Below are positions 27,596 to 38,025 of a stretch of 64,000 nucleotides of DNA, in pieces. The DNA is from Longimicrobiales bacterium (GTDB taxonomy: Bacteria; Gemmatimonadota; Gemmatimonadetes; Longimicrobiales; Gaopeijiaceae). The stretch lies in contig JAWLHJ010000003.1 in NCBI GenBank assembly GCA_041690395.1, positions 256,001 through 320,000 on the forward strand, read 5' to 3'. The notes beneath the pieces are model-generated. The model saw only the letters and a list, made by a program, of their open reading frames with translations, was not told the origin of the DNA and searched no databases. The position numbers were made by a program, and so were the translations under genes. Numbering within the stretch: the stretch's first letter is position 1; each line of letters begins with the position of its first letter.

Positions 27596-28774
27596 TCAGC
27601 TCGACCGCTCGAGCGCCTGCAGGACGTCGGCGGCGATGTCGTCGAAGTCTTCGAGCCCGACCGAGATGCGGATCAGGCCGGGGGTGATGCCCACGGCCAG
27701 GCGCTCCCCTTCGGTGAGCTTGGCGTGGGTGGTTGAAGCCGGATGCGTCACGATCGTGCGGGTGTCCCCGAGGTTGGCGGTGAGCGAGCACATGCGGATC
27801 GCGTCCAGGAAACGACGCCCCTGCTCCAGGCCTCCCGCGACCGTGAAGGTCAGGATCCCCCCACCCGCTTTCATCTGACGCCGAGCGATCTCGTGCTGCG
27901 GATGCGAGGGGAGAAACGGGTACCGGACCTCGCGCACGCCCGTCACTCCGTCCAGCGCTTCTGCCAACGCGAGCGCGTTGTCGGAGTGGCGCTCCATGCG
28001 AAGGGCGAGCGTCTCCAGGCTCTTCGAGAGGACCCAGGCGTTGAAGGGCGACAGCGCCGGCCCGGTGGAGCGACAGAACGCGAAGATCTCGTCCACGAGG
28101 TCCTTGCGACCGACGACCGCTCCGCCCAGCACCCGACCCTGCCCATCGATGAACTTCGTGGCGGAATGGACCGAGAGGTGGGCCCCCAGGTCGAGAGGGC
28201 GCTGCAGAACCGGCGTGGCGAAGCAGTTGTCCACCACCAAGACGAGGTCGTGGCGGGCAGCGAGCTCGGCCAGGAGGTCTAGATCGAGGATCTCGAGCGC
28301 GGGGTTCGTCGGCGTCTCCACGAAGATCATGCGCGTTGCGTCGGTCACGGCCGCCTCCCAGCTCTCCTGGTCGCCCGAGGCGTCGACGTACGTGTGCCCG
28401 ATGCCGAAGCGCGGGAGAAGCTTCGTGAGCACCGTGTGGGTCGAGCCGAACACGGAGCGGCACGCCACGATGTGGTCGCCCGCCGACAGCAGCGCGGCGA
28501 ACGTCGCGAACACCGCGGACATCCCGGAGGCCACCGCATGGCCGGCCTCGCCGCCCTCCATGATCCGCAGCTTCTCCGCGAGCTCCGCCACGTTCGGGTT
28601 CGTGAACCGGCTGTAGATGTTGTGCTCGAGCTCGTCGGCGAACGTCGCCCGCATCTCCTCGGCACTCTCGAACGTGAAGCTGGACGTCAGGTAGAGCGGA
28701 ACGGAGTGCTCGGCCTGGGGGGACGGCGGAACCTGCGTCCGGACGGCCGCTGTCTGAGGCTTGGGATCTTTCAT
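27596..28774 (-). CDS. metZ: O-succinylhomoserine sulfhydrylase
   Basis: EHSVPLYLTSSF, YSRFTNP, ASGMSA, HSATKFIDGQGRVLGG, TANLGDTRT, IRISVGLED. Confidence 0.92.
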   Translation of the reverse strand: MKDPKPQTAAVRTQVPPSPQAEHSVPLYLTSSFTFESAEEMRATFADELEHNIYSRFTNPNVAELAEKLRIMEGGEAGHAVASGMSAVFATFAALLSAGDHIVACRSVFGSTHTVLTKLLPRFGIGHTYVDASGDQESWEAAVTDATRMIFVETPTNPALEILDLDLLAELAARHDLVLVVDNCFATPVLQRPLDLGAHLSVHSATKFIDGQGRVLGGAVVGRKDLVDEIFAFCRSTGPALSPFNAWVLSKSLETLALRMERHSDNALALAEALDGVTGVREVRYPFLPSHPQHEIARRQMKAGGGILTFTVAGGLEQGRRFLDAIRMCSLTANLGDTRTIVTHPASTTHAKLTEGERLAVGITPGLIRISVGLEDFDDIAADVLQALERSS

Positions 28775-28886
28775 GTCTCGACTGTCGAGCGAGTGGTTTC
28801 CATCGACGAGACCCGGAAGATACCCTCGAGGTCCTTCGGGCCCGAAGGCGCTTCACCGGGACCGCCCTGACGTTATCTTCGCCCCC

Positions 28887-30641
28887 ATGTCACAGACCCC
28901 TTCGGCCACGGCGAGCCAGGCCTTCTCGGCCCTCGGCCTGGGCCCCGATCTCGTGGAAGCCCTCGCGTCCCTCGGATACGAGGAGCCGACACCGATCCAG
29001 GCGTCGGCCATCCCCCATGTCCTCGAAGGCAAGGACCTCCTCGGACTGGCGGCGACCGGTACCGGGAAGACGGCGGCGTTCGCGCTTCCCCTCCTGCAGC
29101 TCCTCCCGCCGAGAGGGCGCACCCCTTCGGCCCTGGTGCTCGTGCCGACCCGTGAGCTCGCGGTTCAGGTGGCGCAGGCGATCCACCGCTACGGAAAGGC
29201 GATGGGCGTCGAGGTGCTCCCCATCTACGGCGGCCAGTCGTTCCAGCAGCAGCTGAAGGTGCTGAAGCGCGGTGTGGACGTGGTCGTGGCCACGCCGGGC
29301 CGGGCGCTCGATCACGTGCGGCGTGGCACGCTACGCCTCGGCGCGGTCGAGATGCTCGTCCTCGACGAGGCCGACGAGATGCTCGACATGGGGTTCGCCG
29401 AAGATCTCGACGAGATCCTCGCGGCCACGCCGGAGGGGCGTCAGACCCTGCTCTTCTCGGCGACCCTCGGACCCCGCATCGCGGCGGTCGCGGCCAAGCA
29501 TCTACAAGATCCCATCGAGGTGCGCATCGCGCCGGACACGGCGGATGCCGGCGACGTACCCCTGGTCCGGCAGACGGCCTACCTCGTGCGCCGGCCCCAC
29601 AAGCTCGCCGCGCTGGGCCGTGTGCTCGATCTCGAGAGCCCCGAGGCCGCGCTCGTGTTCTGCCGCACGCGCAACGACGTCGACGAGCTCGTGGAAGCGC
29701 TGAACGGCCGCGGATACCGTGCCGAGGCGATGCACGGTGGCATGTCGCAGGAGGAGCGGGACCGGGTGATGAAGAAGCTGCGCGGCGGCGCGGTGGACCT
29801 CCTGGTCGCGACCGACGTCGCGGCCCGCGGGCTCGACATCGCGCACCTGACCCATGTCGTGAACTACGACGTGCCGTCGGCGCCCACGGGGTACGTTCAC
29901 CGCATCGGCCGGGTGGGCCGGGCCGGACGGGAGGGGGTGGCCATCACGCTCGCCGACCCGCGAGAGCACGGGCAGCTCCGCAACATCGAGCGGCTCACCA
30001 AGCAGAAGATCTCCGTGGAGTCGCTGCCGACGGTGGCCGACCTGCGAGCCCGTCGCCTCGAGCTGACGCGGGCCTCGTTGCGCGAAGCCATCCTCGAAGA
30101 GGACCTGCACCGGTTCCGGGGCGTCGTGGAAGCCCTCTCGGACGAGTTCGACCTCGTGGACATCGCCCTCGGCGCGGTGAAGATGGCGCACGAGGCCACC
30201 TCGACCGGACCGGAAGACGACGAGGAGGATATTCCGTCCGCCCACCCTACCCCGGACCGTGGTGCCGGCAAGGGCCGGGCGAGCGGCAAGGGTGGCCCCA
30301 AGGCGAAGGGCAAAGGGAAGGCCGCGGGCCAGTCGAAAGCCGCGGGCCGAGGCAAGGCCGCGTCGGGTCCCGGCACCGAGGGCCGGCCCCACCGACACGT
30401 GGACGGCACCACGCTCTTCATCGGCGCGGGTCGGGCGGACGGAGTCCGGCCGAAGGACCTGGTCGGAGCCATAACCGGCGAGGCCGGCGTATCCGGACGC
30501 CAGATCGGGTCGATCCAGATCGGGGACAAGTTCAGCCTGGTGGAAGTGGCCGACGACGTTGCCGACGAGATCCTGCGGGCGCTGCAAACCGCCTTCATCA
30601 AGGGCAAGAAGGTCAAGGTCCGCCGCGAGGAAAGACGATAG
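28887..30641 (+). CDS. deaD: DEAD-box RNA helicase (DeaD/CsdA type, DbpA RNA-binding C-terminus)
   Basis: PTPIQ, ATGTGKT, PTRELA, TPGR, DEAD, SAT, ARGLD, HRIGRVGRAG; C-terminal GVRPKDLVGAI. Confidence 0.9.
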   Translation: MSQTPSATASQAFSALGLGPDLVEALASLGYEEPTPIQASAIPHVLEGKDLLGLAATGTGKTAAFALPLLQLLPPRGRTPSALVLVPTRELAVQVAQAIHRYGKAMGVEVLPIYGGQSFQQQLKVLKRGVDVVVATPGRALDHVRRGTLRLGAVEMLVLDEADEMLDMGFAEDLDEILAATPEGRQTLLFSATLGPRIAAVAAKHLQDPIEVRIAPDTADAGDVPLVRQTAYLVRRPHKLAALGRVLDLESPEAALVFCRTRNDVDELVEALNGRGYRAEAMHGGMSQEERDRVMKKLRGGAVDLLVATDVAARGLDIAHLTHVVNYDVPSAPTGYVHRIGRVGRAGREGVAITLADPREHGQLRNIERLTKQKISVESLPTVADLRARRLELTRASLREAILEEDLHRFRGVVEALSDEFDLVDIALGAVKMAHEATSTGPEDDEEDIPSAHPTPDRGAGKGRASGKGGPKAKGKGKAAGQSKAAGRGKAASGPGTEGRPHRHVDGTTLFIGAGRADGVRPKDLVGAITGEAGVSGRQIGSIQIGDKFSLVEVADDVADEILRALQTAFIKGKKVKVRREERR

Positions 30642-30808
30642 GACCACCCCGCCTGCGTCCCCTCTGCGTAGTCCGCCCATCCGGCTACGTGGCCCCGCGA
30701 CCCCCGCTACGACGTCATACGTAGCACGCGCCTCCACCCCGTGAAGCATCGTGAGCACGAGCCGAACGATGCTCCTACGATCCGGGGTTGTTCCCAAGGA
30801 GGCTTCCC

Positions 30809-33607
30809 ATGTCAGCCAGCTTTTCGACCATCCGTCGGCGCCTGCTCGCGCCGGCCGCCGTCTGCCTCGCGGTCTCGGCGGCCCTCTGGCCGCGCGCGGT
30901 GGCCGGCCAGGCATCGAGCGTGACCGGGCTCGTGAGCGGTCGCGTCACGGACGAGACGGGCGCACCCGCGGCGCACCTCGAGGTGACCGCCTGGAGTGGT
31001 GGCCGCGCCGTCGCCCGCACGGCATCGAACGGTCAGGGGCGGTACTCGCTCACGGTCCCCGCCGGAGAGATCCGGGTCTCGATCGACGGACAGATGGGCT
31101 GGACCTCCGTCGAGAGCGACGCTCTCCAAGTGGGCAACGGAGACACGGTCGTGGTCGACCTGACCGTCGCTCGGAGGATCTACGACACGGAAGCCATCGT
31201 GGTCACGGCCTCGGGTCCCGGCGGACAGCCAACCCTGGACGGCGTTCCGGGGATGGTCGGGATCGTCGACGCCCAGGAGATGCGCCGGCGGCCTACGGTC
31301 AATCCGGTCGACCAGATCCAGGGCCAGCCCGGCGTCGACATCGCGCCGACTGGGGTCGGAGGCCGCATCTTCGCCTTCCGTGGCAACAACAACATCTTCA
31401 CGGGCGCCGTGCGTTACCTCGTCGACTACCGGCCGGCGAGCCTCCCGTCGCTGCGAGCGAACTTCACCCACTTCGTTCCGACGGCCTCGGCGGATATGGA
31501 GCGCATGGAGCTCATCCTCGGCCCCTCGTCCGCGCTCTACGGACCCAACGCGGCCAACGGGGTCCTGAATACGCTCACGCGCTCGCCACTCGACCTCCCG
31601 GAGACCTCGGTCTCCGTCTCCGGGGGTACGCAGTCGGTCTTCGAGTCCGAAGCGCGTACCTCACAACGCCTCGGCGAGCGCTTCGGCTTCAAGCTGTCGG
31701 GACGGTGGTTCCAGGCACGGGAGTTCCCCTACCTGGATCCGGTCGAAGACGATGTCCGGTCGTTGATCGACGACCAGCCCGAGACGTTCCGCGCACAGCT
31801 GAGAGACATAGGGGTACCCGACGCCGACATCGCCACGCGTGAGACCCGGGCCGGCATCCGCAACCGCGACGTCGAGCGATGGAGTGTCGACGCGCGGGCC
31901 GACTGGACGCCGAGCCAGGGCGACACGCTGTTCTTCCAGGCGGGGCGGACGTCCACGACCGGTATCGAGCTGACTCCTTTGGGCGCGGCCCAGGCCGGGG
32001 GGTGGCACTACGACTACCTGCAGGCGCGACTCCAGAGCGGCGCGCTCTTCGCCCAGGCGTTCCTGAACCGCAGCGAGGCCGGCGACACGTACCTGCTCCG
32101 TGACGGCGCGCCCCTGTTCGATCAGTCTCGTCTGTTCGGCGCCCAGGCTCGCCATGCGTTCACATTCGCCGATGGGCGCCAGGAGATCACCTACGGAGGC
32201 GACTGGGTCCGGACCGACCCGCGCACCGGCGGCACGATCCACGGCCAGTTCGAGGACGACGATGTCATCACCGAGTACGGGGGTTACGTGCAGTCCCGTA
32301 CGCGCATCGGCGGGGGCCTCCAGCTCATCGGGACGATCAGGCTCGACGAGTCCAACGTGATCGAGGACCCCGTCGTGTCACCGCGCGTCGGGATCGTGTT
32401 CGAGCCCCGGGACGGGCACCACTTCAGCGCCTCCTGGAGCCGAGGCTTCTCGACCCCGACGCCCACCAACTACTTCCTCGACCTGTCGGCCGGATCGGCG
32501 CCCGGTCCGTTGAGCGCCTTGGGGTACCGCGTCCGGGCACGCGGAACGGGCCGCGAGGGGATCCGCTTCTCGGACGGCCAGGGCGGCTTCCAGGGGATGC
32601 GCTCGCCGCGTACGCCACCGGAGTCGGGCGGACCGTCGCAGCTCGTACCGGCTACGTCGACCGTGATGTGGCAGTGCGCGGTGGGCCTGATGCGCCAGCA
32701 GGGCGTGCTCGACGATCCGACGTTCGCCTACCTCCGGTCGCTGGATCCGGGCGACCAGGTCGGCGTGAACGCCTTCGATCCGGTGACCGAGACGCTATCG
32801 CCGCTCACCCCTGGGTCGGTGGAGGACGTGGCGCCCCTCGGTGAGAACACGACCAGCACGTTCGAGCTCGGCTACCGCGGGCTCATCGCGGACCGGCTCT
32901 TCCTTCAGGCCGGGGTGTGGCGCACCCGCCGCCAGAACTTCACGTCGCCCCTGCTGCTGCGGACGCCGCTCCTCACGCTGGACGGAGAGGACCTCGCGGC
33001 GTTCCTCGCCTCGAACGGGATCGCCCCCGAACAGGCTGGTGCGATCGCAGCCGCCGTCGCGCCGATTCCGCTGGGTGTGTTGTCTTCGGAAGACATCGCC
33101 GCGCAGGGAGCCGAGCTCATCGCCACGTACGAGAACTTCGGCACGCTGACGTACTGGGGCTACGACATCGGGGGCCGGGCGGAGCTGAGCCGGCAACTCA
33201 CGCTATCGGGTTCGCTTTCCTGGATCAGCGACGACCACTTCGACGTCGAGGAACGCCTCGTGCCGCTGAACGCGCCCGCCCTCAAGGGGACACTCTCGCT
33301 GGCGGTCTCGAACCTGTCGGTCCCGGTGACCGGCGACGTGCGGGTGCGCCACCACAGTGGCTTTCCGGTTTCGTCCGGTGACTACGTGGGAACCGCATGC
33401 CTCGGCGTCACGGGCTCGCTGGTCGAGGACTGCGTCGACGCCGCGACGCTCCTGGACCTATCGCTGGGTCTCGACGACCTCATGGGATCGGGCCTGGCGC
33501 TCCGCGTGAGCGCGACGAACTTGCTCGGCACCGCGTACCGACCGTTCGTCGGTGTCCCGACCATCGGTCGGCAGCTCCTCACGCAGCTGGAGTACCGGCT
33601 GCGCTGA
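30809..33607 (+). CDS. TonB-dependent outer membrane receptor
   Basis: AAGGAGG RBS; signal peptide; carboxypeptidase-like N-domain; IVVTAS; ERMELILGPSSALYGPNAANGVLN plug; NLL..; terminal LEYRLR. Confidence 0.93.
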   Translation: MSASFSTIRRRLLAPAAVCLAVSAALWPRAVAGQASSVTGLVSGRVTDETGAPAAHLEVTAWSGGRAVARTASNGQGRYSLTVPAGEIRVSIDGQMGWTSVESDALQVGNGDTVVVDLTVARRIYDTEAIVVTASGPGGQPTLDGVPGMVGIVDAQEMRRRPTVNPVDQIQGQPGVDIAPTGVGGRIFAFRGNNNIFTGAVRYLVDYRPASLPSLRANFTHFVPTASADMERMELILGPSSALYGPNAANGVLNTLTRSPLDLPETSVSVSGGTQSVFESEARTSQRLGERFGFKLSGRWFQAREFPYLDPVEDDVRSLIDDQPETFRAQLRDIGVPDADIATRETRAGIRNRDVERWSVDARADWTPSQGDTLFFQAGRTSTTGIELTPLGAAQAGGWHYDYLQARLQSGALFAQAFLNRSEAGDTYLLRDGAPLFDQSRLFGAQARHAFTFADGRQEITYGGDWVRTDPRTGGTIHGQFEDDDVITEYGGYVQSRTRIGGGLQLIGTIRLDESNVIEDPVVSPRVGIVFEPRDGHHFSASWSRGFSTPTPTNYFLDLSAGSAPGPLSALGYRVRARGTGREGIRFSDGQGGFQGMRSPRTPPESGGPSQLVPATSTVMWQCAVGLMRQQGVLDDPTFAYLRSLDPGDQVGVNAFDPVTETLSPLTPGSVEDVAPLGENTTSTFELGYRGLIADRLFLQAGVWRTRRQNFTSPLLLRTPLLTLDGEDLAAFLASNGIAPEQAGAIAAAVAPIPLGVLSSEDIAAQGAELIATYENFGTLTYWGYDIGGRAELSRQLTLSGSLSWISDDHFDVEERLVPLNAPALKGTLSLAVSNLSVPVTGDVRVRHHSGFPVSSGDYVGTACLGVTGSLVEDCVDAATLLDLSLGLDDLMGSGLALRVSATNLLGTAYRPFVGVPTIGRQLLTQLEYRLR

Positions 33608-33628
33608 AGGGCCGGACCCACCTCTGAC

Positions 33629-33657
33629 GAGGGGGGTGCCTTGCGAGCCCCCCCCTC
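33629..33657. terminator. GC hairpin between convergent genes
   Basis: GAGGGGGG..CCCCCCCTC inverted repeat between the TonB receptor and fhs stops. Confidence 0.45.
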
Positions 33658-33660
33658 CCC

Positions 33661-35328
33661 TCAGGCCAGCCCCACGATCGTCCCGTCCTCCTCCACCCGC
33701 ATCCCCAGCGAAGCCGGCTTCAGCGGCAGCCCCGGCATGGTCATCATGTCGCCGGTCTTCACGACCACGAATCCGGCCCCGGCCGACGGCTGAGCCTCGC
33801 GGACGGTGATGCGGAAGCCGGTGGGCGCCCCGAGGCGGCTCGGATCATCGCTGAACGAGTATTGCGTCTTGGCCATGCAGACGGGCGCGGTGCCCATGCC
33901 GAGGCCTTCGCACTCGTCGATCTGGCGTTGGGCCGCCGGGAGGATATCCACTCCGTCGGCCCGGTAGATCTCGCGCGCGATGGTCTCGATCTTCTCGGTG
34001 AGCGGCATCTCGTCCGGATAGAGGGGACGGAAGCACGACTTCTCCTCCTCCAATACGTCCCAGACGGCGTCGGCGAGATCCAGGCAGCCGGTCCCGGTCT
34101 GGGTGTACGGATCGGCGACCACGGCCTTCGCCCCGAGCTCGGCGCACGCGTCGATCACGGTCTGGAGCTCCGCCTCGGTATCCAGCGGGAACCGGTTCAC
34201 GGCGACCACCGGCTCGAGGCCGAACTTCCGGACGTTCTCGATGTGGCGCAGAACGTTCGAGAGCCCGCACTTCAACGCCTCCGTGTTCTCGGTACCCAAC
34301 TGGTCGCGGGGCACGCCACCGTTGAACTTGGCCGCCCGCACCGTAGCCGCGATGACGACCGCGTCGGGGGACAGCCCGCCGAACCGGCACTTGATGTTCA
34401 GGAACTTCTCGGCGCCCAGATCTGCGCCGAAGCCCGCCTCGGTGATCGCGACGTCGCCGAACGACAGGGCGGCCCGCGTGGCCAGCAGCGAATTGCACCC
34501 GTGGGCAATGTTCGCGAACGGCCCGCCATGGATGAACGTCGGCGTCCCACCCAGGGTCTGGACGAGGTTCGGCGCAACGGCGTCCTTCAGCAGGAGCGTC
34601 ATGGCGCCCTGGGCGTCGAGCTGGCTGGCCCGCACCGGCTGCCCGTCCACGTCGTACGCCACCACGATCTCCCCGAGGCGGCGCTCGAGGTCTTCGAGCC
34701 CGTCGGCCAGGCAGAACACCGCCATGACCTCCGACGCGGCGGTGATGTCGAAGCCGTCCTGCCGCGGCAGACCGCCGGTGCGACCCCCGAGGCCGATGAC
34801 GATCGAGCGGAGCGCCCGGTCATTCATATCGACTGCCCGCTTCCAGACGACGCGCCGCGGATCGATGCGCAGCGAGTTGGGGCGGAAGAGGTGGTTGTCC
34901 AGCAAAGCCGCGAGCAGCGCGTTCGCCGAGCTGATGGCGTGGAAGTCGCCGGTGAAGTGGAGGTTGATGTCCTCCATGGGAATCACCTGCGAGTACCCAC
35001 CGCCCGCGGCCCCACCTTTCATCCCGAACACCGGCCCGAGGCTCGGCTCCCGGAGACAGAGGACGGGGTTCCGCTTCCGGATGCTCATGGCGTCGGCCAG
35101 CCCGACGGAGATCGTCGACTTCCCTTCCCCGGCCGGCGTGGGGTTCACGCCGGTGACCAGAACCAGCTTCCCGGGGGCGCCCTCGTGCTTTCGGATGACC
35201 GACAGCGGGACCTTGGCCTTGGTCCTTCCGTACGGCTCGATCTCGGATTCGGCGAGGCCCAGCTTCGCGGCGATTTCGGCGATGGGGCGTGCGGCGGCGG
35301 CCTGAGCGATCTGGATGTCGGTCAGCAT
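33661..35328 (-). CDS. fhs: Formate--tetrahydrofolate ligase
   Basis: MLTDIQIAQ, NPTPAGEGKST, KGGAAGGGYSQ, INLHFTGDFHAI, HGGPFANIAHGCNS, TEAGFGADLGAEKF, MTMPGLP. Confidence 0.97.
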   Translation of the reverse strand: MLTDIQIAQAAAARPIAEIAAKLGLAESEIEPYGRTKAKVPLSVIRKHEGAPGKLVLVTGVNPTPAGEGKSTISVGLADAMSIRKRNPVLCLREPSLGPVFGMKGGAAGGGYSQVIPMEDINLHFTGDFHAISSANALLAALLDNHLFRPNSLRIDPRRVVWKRAVDMNDRALRSIVIGLGGRTGGLPRQDGFDITAASEVMAVFCLADGLEDLERRLGEIVVAYDVDGQPVRASQLDAQGAMTLLLKDAVAPNLVQTLGGTPTFIHGGPFANIAHGCNSLLATRAALSFGDVAITEAGFGADLGAEKFLNIKCRFGGLSPDAVVIAATVRAAKFNGGVPRDQLGTENTEALKCGLSNVLRHIENVRKFGLEPVVAVNRFPLDTEAELQTVIDACAELGAKAVVADPYTQTGTGCLDLADAVWDVLEEEKSCFRPLYPDEMPLTEKIETIAREIYRADGVDILPAAQRQIDECEGLGMGTAPVCMAKTQYSFSDDPSRLGAPTGFRITVREAQPSAGAGFVVVKTGDMMTMPGLPLKPASLGMRVEEDGTIVGLA

Positions 35329-35473
35329 GGAGCTCGGAGCGTAGGTGGGGGGAGGAGCGCGGCGGGCTCGGCTTCGGCAGCCTCCAGGGTCGGGGGGCGG
35401 CAGGTTGGGCGCAAGTCGTGGGCCGTCGCTATCTTCACGGCCCCCGCATCGACACCGTCCCACCACGCCCGTC

Positions 35474-37366
<1,893 letters not shown>

Positions 37367-37546
37367 CCCCACTGGACCCACTGGGCCCGCCGGTCCAGGC
37401 GCCGCGACACCAGGGGGGCGACACAGGGGGGGGGCGCGCGACTTCCCCGGCGGAAGCACCCCGTTCGCATCATTCTCTGGATCCCCCGGGAGGGACCTGT
37501 AGCCGGAAGTCTGGAGCTCCATCCGCTGCCGTTTGCGCTCGACCGA

Positions 37547-37731
37547 GCGTGGCAGAAACATGCCCAAGCGGACGACCTCGATCGGCGATTGGCATGTTGA
37601 CCACCCTATATGGCAGAAAGGTCACAAGGCCGCCGCCGAGATTCCGGCCCATGGCATGTTGACCGCCCTATGCGGCAGAAACATCACGCGCGGTCGGCGC
37701 ACCTGCCCGCCGTGTCACGTTTCTGCCACGC
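37547..37731. repeat. Three ~61-62 bp degenerate palindromic units (REP/BIME-like)
   Basis: GGCAGAAA at 37551, 37612, 37674; TGGCATGTTGACCRCCCTATRYGGCAGAAA at 37590 and 37652; outer arms GCGTGGCAGAAAC / GTTTCTGCCACGC. Confidence 0.7.
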
Positions 37732-38025
37732 GCCGAGCAGGCAGCCCGCTCTCCCATCGGTGCGTCAGTCCTGGACGTCCGCCCGGTGTGCGTGAGATTC
37801 GATTCCTGCTTGCTGCCACATATCGACTCCTCTGAAACCTCGGTTGATTCACTGCCGGACGGACTGATCCGGACCGCGCGGACGCAGAGCGCCCACACCG
37901 GGAGTCTCCCGGGAAGGAGTCGCCGTGAGCATCACACGGCTTTGTCGGTGTGGCGGGTCACCCCTTTGGGGGATACCGCTCGGGCCACGCCGGCACGGGG
38001 GTGTCGCACGGCGGATCCAGGTGAC

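Noticed and set aside
28775..28886. SAM/SAH riboswitch upstream of metZ
   Set aside because: Consensus elements not recognisable
30240..30400. Gly/Lys-rich low-complexity segment in the helicase
   Set aside because: Ordinary basic linker of DeaD-type helicases
35329..35473. ZTP or THF riboswitch upstream of fhs
   Set aside because: No consensus motifs seen
37551..37690. Canonical CRISPR array
   Set aside because: Only two good direct-repeat copies, the intervening sequences carry complementary arms, and there are no cas genes; reported as REP-like instead
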